Origin: Octopus sinensis
Taxonomy: Eukaryota
Direction: 5' to 3'
Assembly: GCF_006345805.1 (NCBI RefSeq)
Contig: NC_043000.1
Span: 14,136,001-14,200,000 of the forward strand
DNA: 64,000 bases
Position numbers and translations under genes: made by a program. This document shows, one piece after another, positions 62,690-64,000 of the stretch. The notes below the pieces were generated by a model, which did no database searches, was not told where the DNA came from, and was given only the letters and a program-made list of their open reading frames with translations. The number at the start of each line of letters is the position of its first letter. Position 1 is the stretch's first letter.

Positions 62690-63559
62690 AATTGAGATAG
62701 GGGTTGTAAATGCAACCCTCCATAGGATAACATATATCCAATATATTGCTAGTGAAGTACCCAACAAAGTTAATACATAAATGTTAAGGATTGCGATGCA
62801 ATCAATTGATTTACTGTATTATATGGGCAAAGGTATGTATATATATATTTTCCAACATCACCATGTTGAAAAATGTTGGCTGTGAAAGACTATAGATCTA
62901 ATGACAAAGGAGATCCAAAATTGGTACCTACCATCAGTTGCAGAAGATTGTAGAAAATAGAATCTGTTGGAAAGCACCTCATAGGTGACCATCATGGGTT
63001 TTTATTATTTCTCAGTGTGTTTCCCCAAACTTTGCCAGCGATAAAGTAAGCAAGGCAGCGGTTCACCAAGTACATGTTCATCAAGTACATGTTCATCATA
63101 GAGTGCACACTCTATCTCTGTAACCCAGTAATGCTTCCAAATCCTCTGATATATTCTCTTTTAGCTGCAAAGCATCTTACTATGTCTGATCACGGGGGTA
63201 AGCTGAACTGCTAGTTTTGGTAAGAGGAAGAAAGACTTAGACTTACACATATTACTTTTGGTAAGAAAGGCTTAGCAGTACAGAATATGTTGTTCTTCGG
63301 TTCAACATAAGAAAGAGATAACTATAAAAGTTTCACAAGCAGTGGGGAATTTAACCATGGTCACTTCTCAAATACTCATTATTGTACAAGGCAGGTCATA
63401 CTGAACTGCTACACTCAACACACACACACATGCATACACACACATGCACAAAGATACATGCATACATGCTCATACACAGACTCAGACACATGCATATACA
63501 TGCTCAGAGCCCTCCACACACATTTATAAATACTTATACACACGAGCGCATGCGCGCGC

Positions 63560-63700
63560 ACACACACACAACAACAACAACAACAACACCAAGACCAACA
63601 CCACCGCCACCACCACCACCAACAACAACAACAACACCAACACCAACACCAACACCACCAACAACAACAACAACAACAGCAGCAGCAGCAGCAGCAGCAA
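63560..63700. repeat. Compound (ACA)/(ACC)/(GCA) trinucleotide repeat
   Basis: Direct reading. Confidence 0.9.
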
Positions 63701-64000
63701 CCTTCAAGAGTACCACATTGTAAGTCATTAAAACACTTGCTTTAAATCCGAAATTGGTTCCAGATTCATTTGAAAAGAAAACCCTCTCCCTCCCTCTCTC
63801 ACTCACTCACTCTCTTTCCTCCTCTCTCTGTCTCTACCTGTCTGTCCGTCTGTCTGCCTCTCTCTCTCTCTCTCTCTCTTACTAACTCACGCACACATCA
63901 TCTCCACCACCACCACCACCGCTATTTCCATCGTCAACACCACCACAACTGCATCTCCACCAATCAGGAAAGTTTCGTAGCCGTCATCAACAATTCCACA

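Noticed and set aside
63560-63725. Poly-Q/H frame ending at a GTAAGT donor
   Set aside because: Stop shortly upstream and no credible acceptor; an ordinary compound microsatellite.

Overview
AT-rich, microsatellite-dense animal genomic DNA, most consistent with an octopus (inferred from the SINE families and repeat landscape). The only host gene I can support is the first coding exon of an insulin receptor substrate (IRS/chico-like) gene on the minus strand (21453-21370, ...VVKTGYLKKLK|GTAGGT). Its first intron appears to run beyond the window start. The rest is mobile DNA: one intact RTE-clade LINE (ORF 39152-42274, APE + RT + PHD finger, with a ~162-bp tandem array 5' and a 159-bp array 3'), truncated RTE tails, at least three tRNA-type SINE families, fossils of hAT, mariner, CR1 and Penelope elements, non-autonomous Helitrons and several MITEs. 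The most striking signal is three unrelated Penelope/retrozyme-like repeat families, each carrying a minimal type I hammerhead-ribozyme fold with a different non-canonical catalytic core: U3-A8 at 50476-50520(-), C4 at 44739-44786(+), and non-A6 at 47487-47524(-) and 35525-35562(+). Two of them sit in long fold-back structures. A 585-bp fold-back element with a perfect 21-bp target duplication (57220-57804) also does not fit a class I recognise. All alignments and folds were done by eye. Most ORF-track entries are microsatellite artefacts.
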